Of a DNA stretch of 50,787 nucleotides, positions 50,473-50,787 are shown one piece after another; the stretch's first letter is position 1; the number at the start of each line of letters is the position of its first letter. Both the position numbers and the translations under genes were made by a program. This stretch comes from Vezdaea acicularis (taxonomy: Eukaryota), in the NCBI GenBank assembly GCA_026025075.1, contig JAPEUI010000054.1:62001-112787 (forward strand), given 5' to 3'. The notes beneath the pieces were generated by a model. The model was not told the origin of the DNA. It saw only the letters and a program-made list of their open reading frames with translations, and did no database searches.

Positions 50473-50787
50473 GCACTCAAGGGGCAATCAAGCTCTTGCC
50501 GGCGTTAGGGACACAGCGTTGGGTAGCTGAAGGGCTTGCCTTGGGCGTAGGATGGCTGAGATTGGACGGATTGAGCAATAGGCTCTAGACTTGCGTTGCT
50601 TCTCTTAGATAGACTCAATACAATGATCTATTCTATGACTTGACCCCGCGTGAGACCCTCTCTGTTGTGGGACAGCAGGATAGGGGCAGGGAGTAGCGAC
50701 GATATATACTAACAGACGCAGCTTCCTTATAGCGCCTGCCCATAGGGGCAGCGCTATGAGGCATGCGACTGCCCTGCAACGGACAGC

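Larger units (their letters stand above)
48674..50787 (-). mobile_element. 3' portion of a putative LTR retrotransposon (Ty3/Gypsy-like), continuing beyond the window
   Basis: The minus strand reads AGGAGAGGGGGTAGT (PPT) directly followed by TGTCACG...CCTCACA. gag/pol are not in the window. Confidence 0.65.

Noticed and set aside
49024..50487. Minus-strand ORFs in the element (49024-49230, 49419-49688, 50065-50487) as env or pol remnants
   Set aside because: No integrase, chromodomain, RT or env features. Two are shadows of the + strand gene.
48674..50787. RIP-inactivated relic or Starship boundary
   Set aside because: The cargo CDS is intact and retains CpA-containing codons. There is no tyrosine recombinase captain. 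PPT+TG fits an LTR element better.

Overview
Gene-dense, intron-rich DNA from a filamentous ascomycete (short GT-AG introns with CTRAY branch points). Bases 1-48.3 kb hold about 24 mostly housekeeping genes: dipeptidyl aminopeptidase B (3' part), HPM1-like methyltransferase, ATP1, TPC1, PXMP4/PMP24, RPF2, MTD1, MET18/MMS19, a NUFIP1/Rsa1-like protein, a mitochondrial 2xRRM protein, PEX5, a PHO84/GIT1-like MFS transporter, a Cys-rich protein, an MBOAT acyltransferase, CYP53, 2-hydroxyacyl-CoA lyase, NPP1, two small secreted proteins, PSO2, LSM2, a methyltransferase-domain protein, RPE1 and an SH3BGR/thioredoxin-fold protein. The last ~2.1 kb looks like the 3' end of a minus-strand LTR retrotransposon (polypurine tract plus a ~262 bp TGT...ACA LTR). 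On its inner side, on the opposite strand, lies an intact 4-exon gene with its own TATA box. It encodes a 282-aa protein with an atypical Zn2Cys6-like cluster and an acidic tail. The ORF track splits this gene into fragments, and it is the most notable item here. gag/pol and the second LTR are not in the window, so the element call is inferred. Spliced coordinates were read by eye, and family assignments come from motif recognition, not database searches.
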